Assembly: GCF_009914755.1 (NCBI RefSeq)
Contig: NC_060935.1
Direction: 5' to 3' (one strand)
Length of the DNA stretch: 64,000 nucleotides
Source: the human T2T-CHM13v2.0 reference genome, Homo sapiens
In this document: positions 53,421 through 64,000 of the stretch, piece by piece
Layout of the letters: every line of letters begins with the position of its first letter
Position numbering within the stretch: position 1 is the first letter of the stretch
Made by a program: the position numbers and the translations under genes
The notes under the pieces: generated by a model
What the model was told of the DNA's origin: nothing
What the model saw: the letters and a program-made list of their open reading frames with translations, nothing else
Database searches by the model: none

Positions 53421-54231
53421 CGAGTGATCCTTTAAAATGTCAGATCCTGTCACCTTTCTTTCAAAGCATTATAATAGTTCTCCATTCCTTGCCAACTTAT
53501 AGCCGAAGGCTTTCCTCCATGGCTTTATGTGGCCTGCCCTCATGACCTCCCTAACCTCATCTCTTCTTTTTCTGGTTACTTGCTTTGCTTTAGACACACT
53601 GGCCTGGCTGCTGTTCAAATGCATCAGGCACACTCTTGTACTTGGGCCATAACACTGGTATTTCCTCTGCCTGGAATGCATTCTTCCCTGATATCCACAA
53701 GACTAACTCTCTGACTGCCTCCAGACTCTACTCAAAGATCACTTCCTCAATGAGGTCTATCCTGCATCACCCCACTAGCACTTGGCACTCCCAATCTTTC
53801 TGATTTTACTTATTCTCTGCTGTACTTTCATTACATAAAATGTTAAAATGTATATTAGAATTAGAATATTAGACTATTTCACATTCTAATATTTTATATA
53901 ACTTATGTATTTATTATGTGTATTATATATTGTATGTCTCTCCCACTAGAATATAAGTTACATATTGTCTTATTTAATGATACATAGAATAGTTTCTACA
54001 TAGTAGGAGATTAATAAATATTAATGGAATAAGTGATACTTTCTTAATAAAAATAGGAACAGGGCAAGTTTTCCTGCTACTACCACTACTTGTCAGTATT
54101 ACAATTGATATGTCCAAATCAATGCAAAGGGACAAAGAGAAAAGTTATAAATAATAGGAAGAGTCAAAATTGTGACCATGTGCATACAATGTGATTATCT
54201 ACTTATAAAACCAAGGACATTACTCTAAAAG

Positions 54232-55071
54232 GTGGGAAAAACCAAACTTCTTTTTCTACTCTCATGCTCAACACAGAGCACTTTTATGACCAGATGTGTA
54301 TTTTTTTTTCCCTGCACATTGACGAATTCTCAATACCATCTGGATGTCCTATAATTCAATTTAATTCTGACATTAACTCGAATGAGTATAGACTCCACAT
54401 GTTAAGAGCTCAGTATTATGAAACTGCCCCTCTCCACTTCAGCTGAAGTGCCAAGGGAAAGTCCCAAGTTGTTTTACCTGTGATTCTGACCAACCGCCTA
54501 TAAATGGGTGGTTCCCATAAATCCCTCCTCAGGTTCAATTATTATAGAGTTGCTCACAGAACTCAGAGAAACAATTTACTTATGTTTGTTCATTTATTAT
54601 AAAAAGATAAGGATGAACAGCCAGATGTAAGAGATGCTTAGGCAAGGTATGGAGGAGGGTGCAGAGCTTCCATGCCCTCTTGTAGGGGGCGCACCCCACT
54701 CCTATCTCCTCCATGTGTTCAGCAACAAAGAAGCTCTCTGAACCCTGTCCTTCTGGTTTTTGTATGGAGGCTTCGATACATAGGCCTGACTGATTAAATC
54801 ATTAGCATTGGTGATCAACTCACTTTTCAGCCTCCTTCTCTCTCTGGGATTGGTGGAGGTGAGGAAAATTCCAACTCTCTAATCACCTGGTTGGTTACCC
54901 TGGCAACCAGACCCCATCCAGAAGCTAGCCAAGAGCCCCCAACCACCAGTCATCTCATTCTCTTACAAAAAGACTCTTTTCACTTCAGAGATTCCAAGGG
55001 TTTTTGGAGCTTGTGTGCCAGGAAAAGGAGAGGAAGATCAAATTTATAGTTTTTATTATAAATCATATTAC
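54232..55071 (-). mobile_element. MER21-like ERV LTR
   Basis: TGTCCTATAATTCAATTTAATTCTGACA, CTCACAGAACTCAG, CAGAGCTTCCATGCCCTCT, CATTGGTGATCAACTCA. Confidence 0.85.
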
Positions 55072-55245
55072 AGTCACCTAAAGAGACTTGTGAGACCTAA
55101 TGACAGAATTCTGTAAAGAGGCCAAATTCACATTTAATATAAATTTTTTACAATTTAACAATTTTTCTATGTTTCAACAGTAACCATATTTTAAAAAATA
55201 AATTCATGGACAGAAAGGGATCCTATCTGCAATATCAAAAATAGA

Positions 55246-55605
55246 GGCTGGGTACAGTGGCTCATACCTGTAATCCCAAAGCTTTGGGAGGCCAAGATGG
55301 GAGGATTGCTTGAGGCCTGGAGTTTGAGACAAGCCTGGAAAATAGGGAGACCTTGTCTCTACCAAATATATATAATATATATATTTATATATAATATATA
55401 TTTATATGAAATATATATTATATAAAATATATATTTTTAATTAACTGAGTGTGGTGTCACATACTTGTAGTCCTAGCTACTTGGGAGACTGAGGTGGGAG
55501 GATTGCTTGAGCCCAGGAATTCCTAGCTGCAGTGAACTATGATAGTGCCACTGTACTCTAGCCCGAGTGACAGAAGGAAACCTAGTCTCTAAAAAAAAAA
55601 AAAAA
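55246..55605 (+). mobile_element. AluJ with TA-rich expansion in the central linker
   Basis: GGGAGGATTGCTTGAG in both arms; ~75-bp AT-only insert at ~55366-55440. Confidence 0.93.
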
Positions 55606-57469
55606 GAGAGGGAGAAAAAAGAATGCCTAGAAATACACCTAACATAAAAGATTCAAGACTTACATTAAGTAATGTATCAAATTAAATATTATGAATAAAT
55701 TGAGTAGCATATCAACATCATGAACAGGAAGATGCATTCTTATAGACATATATTTGTCCCAAAGTAATTGATGATTTAATGCATTTTAACCAAAATATAA
55801 AAAGTAATTTTATAGAATTTGACAATTTTTAATTCAGATGGAAGAAAAATATTTAAGTATATCCAATACACTTAATTATTAAGTATATCCAATACAAGAT
55901 ATCAAGTATATCCAATACACTTCTACCAAAGGTAAAAAGAAAAATATAGCATTATTAGTACAGGAGTAGACCAGATCCACAGCCTTTCAATCTCTTAGAA
56001 AAAGAATTACTGTTAAATAAATCATGTTCAGATAATTGACTATTAAGCAAATAATAAAGCAAGATTCTGTAATTCAGGCATATACCAAGTTTAATTTCCT
56101 GTGGCTCAAAGAGCTAAAACTAAACTAGAGATATATTGTGAAAAATGTAGGAGAATACCTTATAATTTTATTGTAGGGAAGGGTTTCCTAAGAAAGCACA
56201 AAACATAGAATGTCTCAGAAATTAACTACTAGCTTTGCCCTTATAAAAATGAACACAAAACAAAATAGGTTAGCATAGGCATCATCGAAATTCTGGATTA
56301 ATTTTCAGGGTACATAAAGAACTCCTTCAAGCCAGCAGAAAAACATACAAGCTTCTGAGGGTGAAATATATGAAAATATAGTTTATAAGAGAAGAAGACA
56401 AATATGAAAAGACAATCTCACTGATAATCTGGGAAATACAATACAGCAATTTTTTTATACACCTAACAACTAAAAAGTTTAAAAGATTGCAAAGATTGAG
56501 CATTCCCAAAATTTGGGGAAATAGAAATATGTCATACACTCTGATTTAAAGGGTGAAGACTTTTTGAAGCCATTTATGTAATGAGTCCCCTGCCACTTAC
56601 TTTAGAATTCTGTCTAAAGTGAGAGAACGAAGGAAATGAAAATAGCATATAAAAGACACTCTCATCTTTATCATTCTATTCATTTGATTTCAGTTTCTCA
56701 TGTCAATTCAACCTACATTTATCAAGTATATCTCCAAATTATACGCACTATAGAAAAAAACAAAACAAAAGTGTATCAGAATCAACCCTGTTTGTTTTCT
56801 GAGATGTTGGATGAGAAAGACTCTTTCAAAAGTGTCTCATAAGATTGTTAAGTGCTCTGATAAAGGCTCCTACCAGGTGCTATGCAACCATGGAGAGGAA
56901 GAGATTAATCACTACCATTACCACATTTTAAAATCAATTTATCAGGTTCTCAGCTTTGCAATTAAAGGAAACTTGCCAGGGCACTTAGAACAAAAGTATC
57001 TGTATATAACTTTCTTTTCCCCTTTTACCTCTCTACTGTAGGCCATTCCACTCAGTGGATTACATACAATCAGGATTTTCCTCTTGCTACTTACTGGTTA
57101 AAATATGACTCAGAATGGAGACTAACTCTGGATACAATATCAATGCCTTATATGGCTTCACTCTTACCATTTGTAGTTCCAGAAATACCGTACAATAAAG
57201 GTCATTCATTTTACCAGCATGACAAAATTGTTTTGAGAAAAAAAATTGCCCATATTAAATTTATGAATTCTTTATTATCTAAAATTTGAAACGATTTCTA
57301 CTAGTCACCTCTATGAAAGATAGTGTTTTCTTGATTATTTCAATTTTCCTATTTGGTGCAAATTATATCATTTATCCAAATTTACCACAAAGCACTAGTA
57401 AAGTAAATTAAGGACAATAAACTAACTATTTTCATTATCAAATAACAAATAACATTTCTTCTATTTTTT

Positions 57470-58170
57470 TCATTCATTCTTTCAAATAATAATTGTGGAG
57501 CACCTAGTAAGTTCAAAGTGTTCTTCTAAGTGCTGAGAATACAGAGGTAAGCAAAATAGACTAAGTATTTGACCTCAGAGGACTTCTTTTGTCATAGAGG
57601 AAACCAGCAAGTAAACTTTAAAACAGAGCACGATTGAAGATAATAATAGGTGTCAAAAAAAGGACAAGGATAGATTTTGGAGATACAAATGCTAGGCATC
57701 AAGGCTATTCTAAGGTGGACTGGTAAGGAAAGAATGACATTTGAGCAGAGTTAAAAGGTGAGAACACATATCACACAGAGGTATGGGGAAACAGCAATTT
57801 ACATAGAATGACTAACAAGCACAAAGACCCAGAGAAAGGACGGTGGATGTTCCAACACATCTTGGAAGTGTAGTGAGCAGCCTTCTCACTTGCTGAAAAC
57901 TGAGTGTGTCTCAGGATACTGAGCTTTCAATGGTGAAACTGGAAAAATCCTAGGAAAAAAGGGACAATTTAGTCATCCTACTAGGAAAGCCACTCTGACC
58001 AGAGTGGATGAGAAGTTGGGCAATGTAGTGGGAGATGGGTTCAGAGAGGTAGACAGGAACCAGATAATGAGTGACCTTGAGAATCTGGCTAGGAGAACTG
58101 CACTTTATAGTTTGGCAGAAACATTTGGAGAGAGATTATTAGAAGAGCTGTGTGATCGGAGTTACACAAA
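57470..58170 (-). mobile_element. L2 relic
   Basis: TTCATTCATTC..GGAGCACCTA..CTAAGTGCTGAGAATACAGAGGTAAGCAAAATAGAC..TGACATTTGAGCAGAG. Confidence 0.7.
57870..57980. mobile_element. MER81-like hAT-Blackjack element within L2
   Basis: ~110 bp ending GGGACAATTTAGTCATCCTA; CTTTCAATGGTGAAACTGGAAAAATCC. Confidence 0.55.
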
Positions 58171-59569
58171 GCCCTAATTCTTATTTGCTATATTGAAATA
58201 AGTAGGCATCCTGTTTATTGAGAAGACTTCCTGTTTCTTTACAAGTCAGGACAGTAGAGAAGTTTGATCAGACACCTATGAGGCAAACCAATTCTGAAAG
58301 TCAGTGTCGAAAACTTGGGTCAGAAGATTAACCTGCCCTCAGCATCCTTTCTAATGATATATTCAGAAATAAATTTTTGAGTGCCTTAGGGCAACTCTGT
58401 TTGTTGAGAATGTAAAGAAAATAGGCTTCTCATAGAAGAAAATGCTGACATAATCTACCATGTCTTTGTGGATATAGGTAACAGATCGCAGACTCTGCTT
58501 GTGAGCCATTCGTCACCTCTCAGCCATTCTGAACTGAAGGTGCCAATGTGATCACTGATGTGATTTGAGCTCAGGAGCTCTTTATTCAGCAGAAATACTA
58601 AAGGCTTCTCTCACTATATTTTCTGCATTGATGCCTTTAAAAAGTGTCCTTCCTGGAAAGTCTCAAAGCAATTTCTCTAAGCTAGGAAAATATCCTTATC
58701 TTTTGGCTCAAAAGGAGATTGTATACCCCTTCATCATTAGGAATGGCTTACTGTGTTCAGCCCAAACTGTAACTGCAAAATACCAAAGACCCACCTCTCT
58801 ATGATGTTGTGATTCTAACATGTATTCTACCCTTTGCCCACTGTGCAACCTGATAAGTGTATCAGTGAAATCCACCTCTCTATGATGTTGTGATTCTATA
58901 TGATGTTTTGATCCACTGTTCTTTATTTTGTCTGAAGCATAGATGCAGAGAGAAAATGAAAAATTAAAATAATTGAAGAAAAAACAGGTGGGAGATTACA
59001 AGCCAAAAAAGTAAACAACACAAGAGCAAAGAAAGATGAAGTGAAGGCAAGACAAGGGATTACAAGTGTAGGGCTTATATTATAAAAAATTTATACAAAG
59101 AATAACTCATGTATGATTTTGTTTTCCAAGTAAGGCAGATAAGAATAAAGACAGGCAACATAAAATATATAATTATGTGTAGAATCTTAAGAAGAGTCTT
59201 TACACTGGAAGCATAGTTTTAAGACAGTCATTAAAGCATCTCAAAATGAGATATCCAGTGTCTTGGAAAGAAGCAAGAGAAATGTGAAGAGAAGATGGGA
59301 CCAATTTAAGGTTTGGTATGACGGGGACATTACCAGAGGTCTATCCTATTTTATTGCACAGACTTAGTAATATTCACCCAGGCATGTGCTCAGCACCAAA
59401 AGAAAGAAACAGGGAACAAGTACCGGATCTATTAGAGGAAATGAAAATAAATTATCATTTATCTAGCAACTTTTATGTTCCAGATTCTGGGCATTTCCAA
59501 TATATTACCTCATTTTATTCTCACAGAAACAACTAGGGGCATTTTAGAAAATTTAAATGACTTTTGTAA

Positions 59570-59987
59570 CAGAGATTGTCAGTGCTCAACCATATCCAGT
59601 TCTCTTCTTCCTGGTGCACAGGAAGGCTACAGTTCCTGGCTACCTTGACATCAGGCAGGGTCATTTGACCAATTCTAGCCAATGAAATGCAAATGAAAAT
59701 AAAAAGAGTCATTTTTCTGGACAAGATATTTGTGAACTTGTATAATATCTACATAACTTTTTTTCTTTATAACTTGGAGCCAACCTATGGAGATGGCAGA
59801 GCCAATAGAATGGAAACCATCTGCCTTATTGAGTCATTGCTTGGAGGGGTTTTCAGAATGTCAAGAACTACCCAATCCATACTGGACTCAGTATGAGTAA
59901 GAAGCACATATTTCCTGCATTAAATCACTGAGATTTCAAAGTTTATTTACTATTATAGCAAATTTGAACTTGTCCAGACTGATACAC
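59570..59987 (+). mobile_element. MaLR solo LTR (MLT1I/J-like)
   Basis: CTCTTCTTCCTGG..CAATTCTAGCCAATGAAATG..GGAGATGGCAGAGCC..CACTGAGATTTC..GACTGATACA. Confidence 0.75.
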
Positions 59988-61518
59988 TTATTGACTTCCA
60001 CAGTGATTAAAGGGTAGACATCTATATACATACTGAAATCTATGTTTGCCTAACTCCAAATCCAAGGCCTTTCCACTCTATCATACTGCCTCTAATAAGC
60101 AATGCAAATTCACTGCTAATATGTGGTGATTCAGAGCCTACAATTTCTGTACGCTCAGAATAAAGTTCATATCATCTTTAATACAAGGTCATGGAACATG
60201 ACTGCAGGTTACTGGGCTTTGACTTGGATCTTGAAATGAATGTTGGAGAAGGAAGGGAATTATCAATAAAAAGAAAAGGAAGCTGTATAAAACCAGATCT
60301 TTGAGGTGGGCATGAGAATGGCCTATATGAGGAGAAGATGCATACAATGGGAAACCATAGGATATAAGATTAGAGTATAAAGGAGCTATTTTTTGAGATT
60401 CTCAATGCCAAACTGAGGAACTTAGACTTGGAGACAGGGCAACATGGTGGACAAAGCACTAAACCGAGAGTCAAGAAATTTCCAAAATAAAAATCTCTGC
60501 TGTAGCTACATCTCTACTGACCACAAGCTCCTTTTAAAAATGCAAGGAGTGTCCTGGATAATTTCTAAGATCTGGGTTCTATATATTTTTATGTCTGCCT
60601 CTTAAAGTTTTTTATTATGGATTCATTAGTTTTTTCTATTTAGGGAATATCAGAACTAATGACATTGAATAATCATGAACTTTTTAATGAAGTGGCTACT
60701 AATCTTCTAGATTTAGCAATGTTCTTAGGCCAGAATTTATGAAGATTTTTACGCTGATTTTGCCACAAGAAGTAGTAGCAGAAGAATGACTCTACTGCTG
60801 TAGTGATAGATGTTAACCTTCCTATAGGCAAAATTGAATAGCTACTTTTTTCCGTTGCAAGGGGACGTTGCCATCATCACCTTCTGTTGGGAAAAGTTTA
60901 TTATCTCCAATTTCCAGGAACTCCATTACCAAGTCTTCTGTCCTCTAGTTCTTATTCCAACTCTCTTCGTAGCACTTCCCTCTTCAGAAGCTCCTCTGTT
61001 CAACGATAGTGGGAAAGGTAGCATAAATGACTGCATATGAGCATAGGCATACATTGACTGTCCTATAAATGCTAGCAATCTGTTGAACACTAAAGATTAT
61101 ATAAATCTTAGCAGCTTTACTGATGCTTCATACACAAGCAGCTGTTGTTTCTTGGTCGCCTGATTAAATATGCTGCAAAATTTCTCCCAAGAAAATCTCA
61201 CTAAAGTTGATTCCAGCAAATCCTTCATAACATCTCTGCTAGCAACTTCATTTTCTAAGCAATTCAAAGACAAGACCCAATCAATGGCAATTTTTTTTCA
61301 AAGGGCCTGGTCTTTCTTCCTTTGAAAATGAGACATTTATAACATCAGACCACATATTCTAGTCTTGGCTCAGCCTTTAACAGGCAGTCACTCAACATTT
61401 CCAAAATGAAGTGTCTGTATATGACTACTTCTAAGACATATTATGTGGATTGAAATGTGTTTTTGACAATATGCCTATCTCTTTATATATGTATCTTTTT
61501 ATATCATATCCATATATC

Positions 61519-61524
<6 letters not shown>

Positions 61525-61606
<82 letters not shown>
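61525..61606 (+). repeat. Compound (CT)n(TA)n microsatellite
   Basis: About 20 TC units then about 21 TA units. Confidence 0.97.
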
Positions 61607-61613
<7 letters not shown>

Positions 61614-62699
61614 GTGAAATAATTATGGCATATTTAGGAACAAAGTTGGGAAATATGTTTTGCTAAGCCTAAGACTATCATATGAACATTAAATGCATAA
61701 AACTAACCATCTGTAAAACCATTCACTGGGAAAATCAAACCAAGAATATGCCTAAAATGTGATTTTCAGGACTGTTGACCACAAGAGTAGGAGTCTGCCT
61801 CAGTCTATGCAAGAGGTTTGTGGGACTCCCTGATGTCCAGTGTTTAATCTATCTTCACATCTCAACTGAGAAATTACTTCCTCCAAGACTTACTTAATTT
61901 TTCTAAATGTGGGTCATATGCCTTTTATTATGCTTCTGTGATCCCCAATACTTGCCATCATCATGTTTGATTTTCCATTAAATTGTACTTTCAAGAAATG
62001 AACCATACCTGCCTTGATCATTGTATCCTTAGCAGTCAGTACAGTGCTTGATACAGTATGCTCTCAATTTAAAAAATAAATTGTTGAATGATTGATTAAA
62101 ATGTTATATGTAAAATGCATTAAAATCTCAGGAGCACTGCATGTAAATTATGATGTCACATTCTAATGACAGACATTTAGTGAATGCACTATATATTTTT
62201 TTCCTGCAACAAGACTTTTATATATTCTATTTCTAAGCCTGGAGAAATCTTTCTGTGGTGTCTTCCTAGTGGTTGCTACTCCCCATTCCAACATCTGGTA
62301 ATGCAGCATTTCTTCAGATGCACTTTTCTGACCCCTCTAACAATCCATCTTCTCTTATTGCATCCTTTCATATATTCACTACCCTCTCTCACAGCACTTT
62401 AACCTTCCTAATTTTATATGTCATTGTGTAAATATTTGCTTAATGTATGCTTCTCTGTCTAGACAGTAAGCCTCATGATGTCAGGGGCCCTGCATGATTT
62501 TGCTAATTACTGTATCTCCTCTTCTATTTTTTATTTGATTTATAGATCAGTTCTTTGGATTTAGCTACTGTGAGATGATAATCCAGAGATAGGCAATATC
62601 CATTGGAACATCCCTTCATTCAGATGCACATTCATTTTTTATTCTTTCTAGAGTGCCTACTCAGTGCCAGCACAGTGCCAAGTATTACTCTGGTGTACC

Positions 62700-63170
62700 T
62701 AGTTGTGTATAAAGGGTTAATATCAGGCCTGGGCTGATAAAGAACTGAAAACTCAGTGTCTGTCTTCTCACAGCCCTGTTTCCTTGGAAACTACAGAGTT
62801 AAGATAAATGTGGAATGTTGTGTCTGCCTGATTTGCCGTTTGGGACTACACCTGGATTGGGGCAGCTAGGATTTGGCATGAAGACCTTGGTCCTATGTAA
62901 ATACAGTTATAAAAGATGGCTGGGAAATAACGGAGCAGTTTATCTGGGTCTAAATGACCCATACACGTCTTGGGTTTTAACAGAAGCAACCATATGTGTC
63001 TTATATGGACACAGGGACTAAAGAATCTGTGAACTCAGGTAGCTGACACCTGCCCTTCAATGAAGATAAAATAAATGCTGAATCTCTTGACCTATATAAC
63101 TAAAGAAACTCAGATTGAAGCCTCTTTGTGCCTTATGGGACTGATTGTCTTCTCAAGCTTGTAACACCTG
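62700..63170 (+). mobile_element. Possible ancient LTR (family not recognised)
   Basis: Starts TGTGTATAAAGGGTTAATATC, has internal TATAAAA and AATAAA, ends TGTAACA, which is LTR-like architecture. Confidence 0.4.
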
Positions 63171-63564
63171 TGGTGGATACACTGACAAAATCTAGGACGG
63201 ATCCTCCAAAGCCTAAACTATGTGTTCACCTGAAGAAACTACTTTCATAGCACATGCTCCTTCTAAGGTCCCAGTTCCTGTCTTGCCAGCCTTTCTCTTT
63301 TGCTCTGTTTACTCTGTTGCAGCTTCTGATGTGCTTAGGATGTCATGATGATCAGCATCGCAGTAGGAGAATGACCAAGGGTCATCTCCCAGACCAGTGA
63401 CTTCCTGGCTCCATGATGTTGGCAAACGATTTAATTTTGTACATCCGTTTTTTTTTTCTTCTGCAAAATGAGCTCATACTGGAGAAGTAGTAGAGCAAAC
63501 TCATTAAAAATGCACTGTCTGCAGCCAGGCTTCATAAGTTGAACTACCATTAGTAAACAGTTGT

Positions 63565-63885
63565 GTGTCCATGGCCAAGGTACCACACCTCTCTGGCCTC
63601 TGTTTCCTCATCTACAAAATAGAACAATTAAACCTACATTATAGAGATACTATGAGAATATAAAAAGTGTATGTGTTTGTGTATATTCTCATAGTATATA
63701 TATATATATATAGAGAGAGAGATAGAGATGTATGTGTATATTCTCATAGTGTGTATATATATATATATAAAACTCTGTATACTCTGTATAGAGTTACTAT
63801 GAGAATACACACACACACACATCTCACATAGTTGGTACGATGTGCAGAATATAGTAAATTATCAACAAATGCCAGCTATTAACTA
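63565..63885 (+). mobile_element. MIR containing a palindromic microsatellite insert
   Basis: CCTCTCTGGCCTCTGTTTCCTCATCTACAAAATAG core; resumes with ATAGTAAATTATCAACAAATG..AGCTATTA. Confidence 0.75.
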
Positions 63886-64000
63886 TAATTATGATTACAT
63901 TCAAATTTCAATATAACTCTGCTTCTTCCACTGTTTTTACTTCAAAAGTAATGAAATAGGTCATTAGCCTGGGAAGATGAACTGGTCAACAAAGAGCTAC

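Larger units (their letters stand above)
49640..54030 (+). mobile_element. L2 relic hosting Tigger1 and a FAM
   Basis: L2 phrases (TCACTTGGCTCCCAAGACAC; CAAAATATA|TCTAC..CCACTT-like; CCTCTGCCTGGAATGC; CTCCCACTAGAATATAAG; AATAAATATT) continue across the insertions. Confidence 0.75.
54040..56600 (+). mobile_element. Ancient L1M ORF2 relic interrupted by MER21 and AluJ
   Basis: Degenerate ORF2 phrases (GTGATTATCTACTTATAAAACC, CCTAGAAATACACCTAACA, TATAGAATTTGACAA) either side of the insertions. Confidence 0.6.

Noticed and set aside
55855-55919. Repeat-spacer pattern resembling a mini CRISPR array
   Set aside because: Primate DNA, 16-bp repeats, 7-10-bp spacers, no cas genes or leader.

Overview
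AT-rich, CpG-poor primate (human-like) intergenic or deep-intronic DNA. I see no intact protein-coding gene, tRNA/rRNA or CRISPR array. The longer ORFs map to L1 ORF1/ORF2, Tigger1, Alu or an EEF1A1 retrocopy; the rest look like chance ORFs. Content: young L1PA fragments, one old near-full-length L1, about 10 Alu-family elements, MaLR/ERVL solo LTRs, Tigger1/Tigger3a and MER DNA transposons, L2/MIR relics, microsatellites, and an EEF1A1 processed pseudogene with a large internal deletion. I found no evidence for a new biological system. The most unusual signals are: two neighbouring 5'-inverted (twin-primed) L1 insertions that each seem to carry a short 3' transduction (34.6-36.8 kb); a probable orphan 3'-UTR retrocopy (13.2-13.5 kb); a multi-layer L2/Tigger1/Alu/FAM nest with a microhomology-mediated tandem duplication; and repeat-poor, motif-dense candidate enhancers (12.7-13.05 kb, 27-29.4 kb). 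Repeat subfamily names come from my recall of consensus sequences, and boundaries of old repeats are approximate; confirm with RepeatMasker/Dfam.
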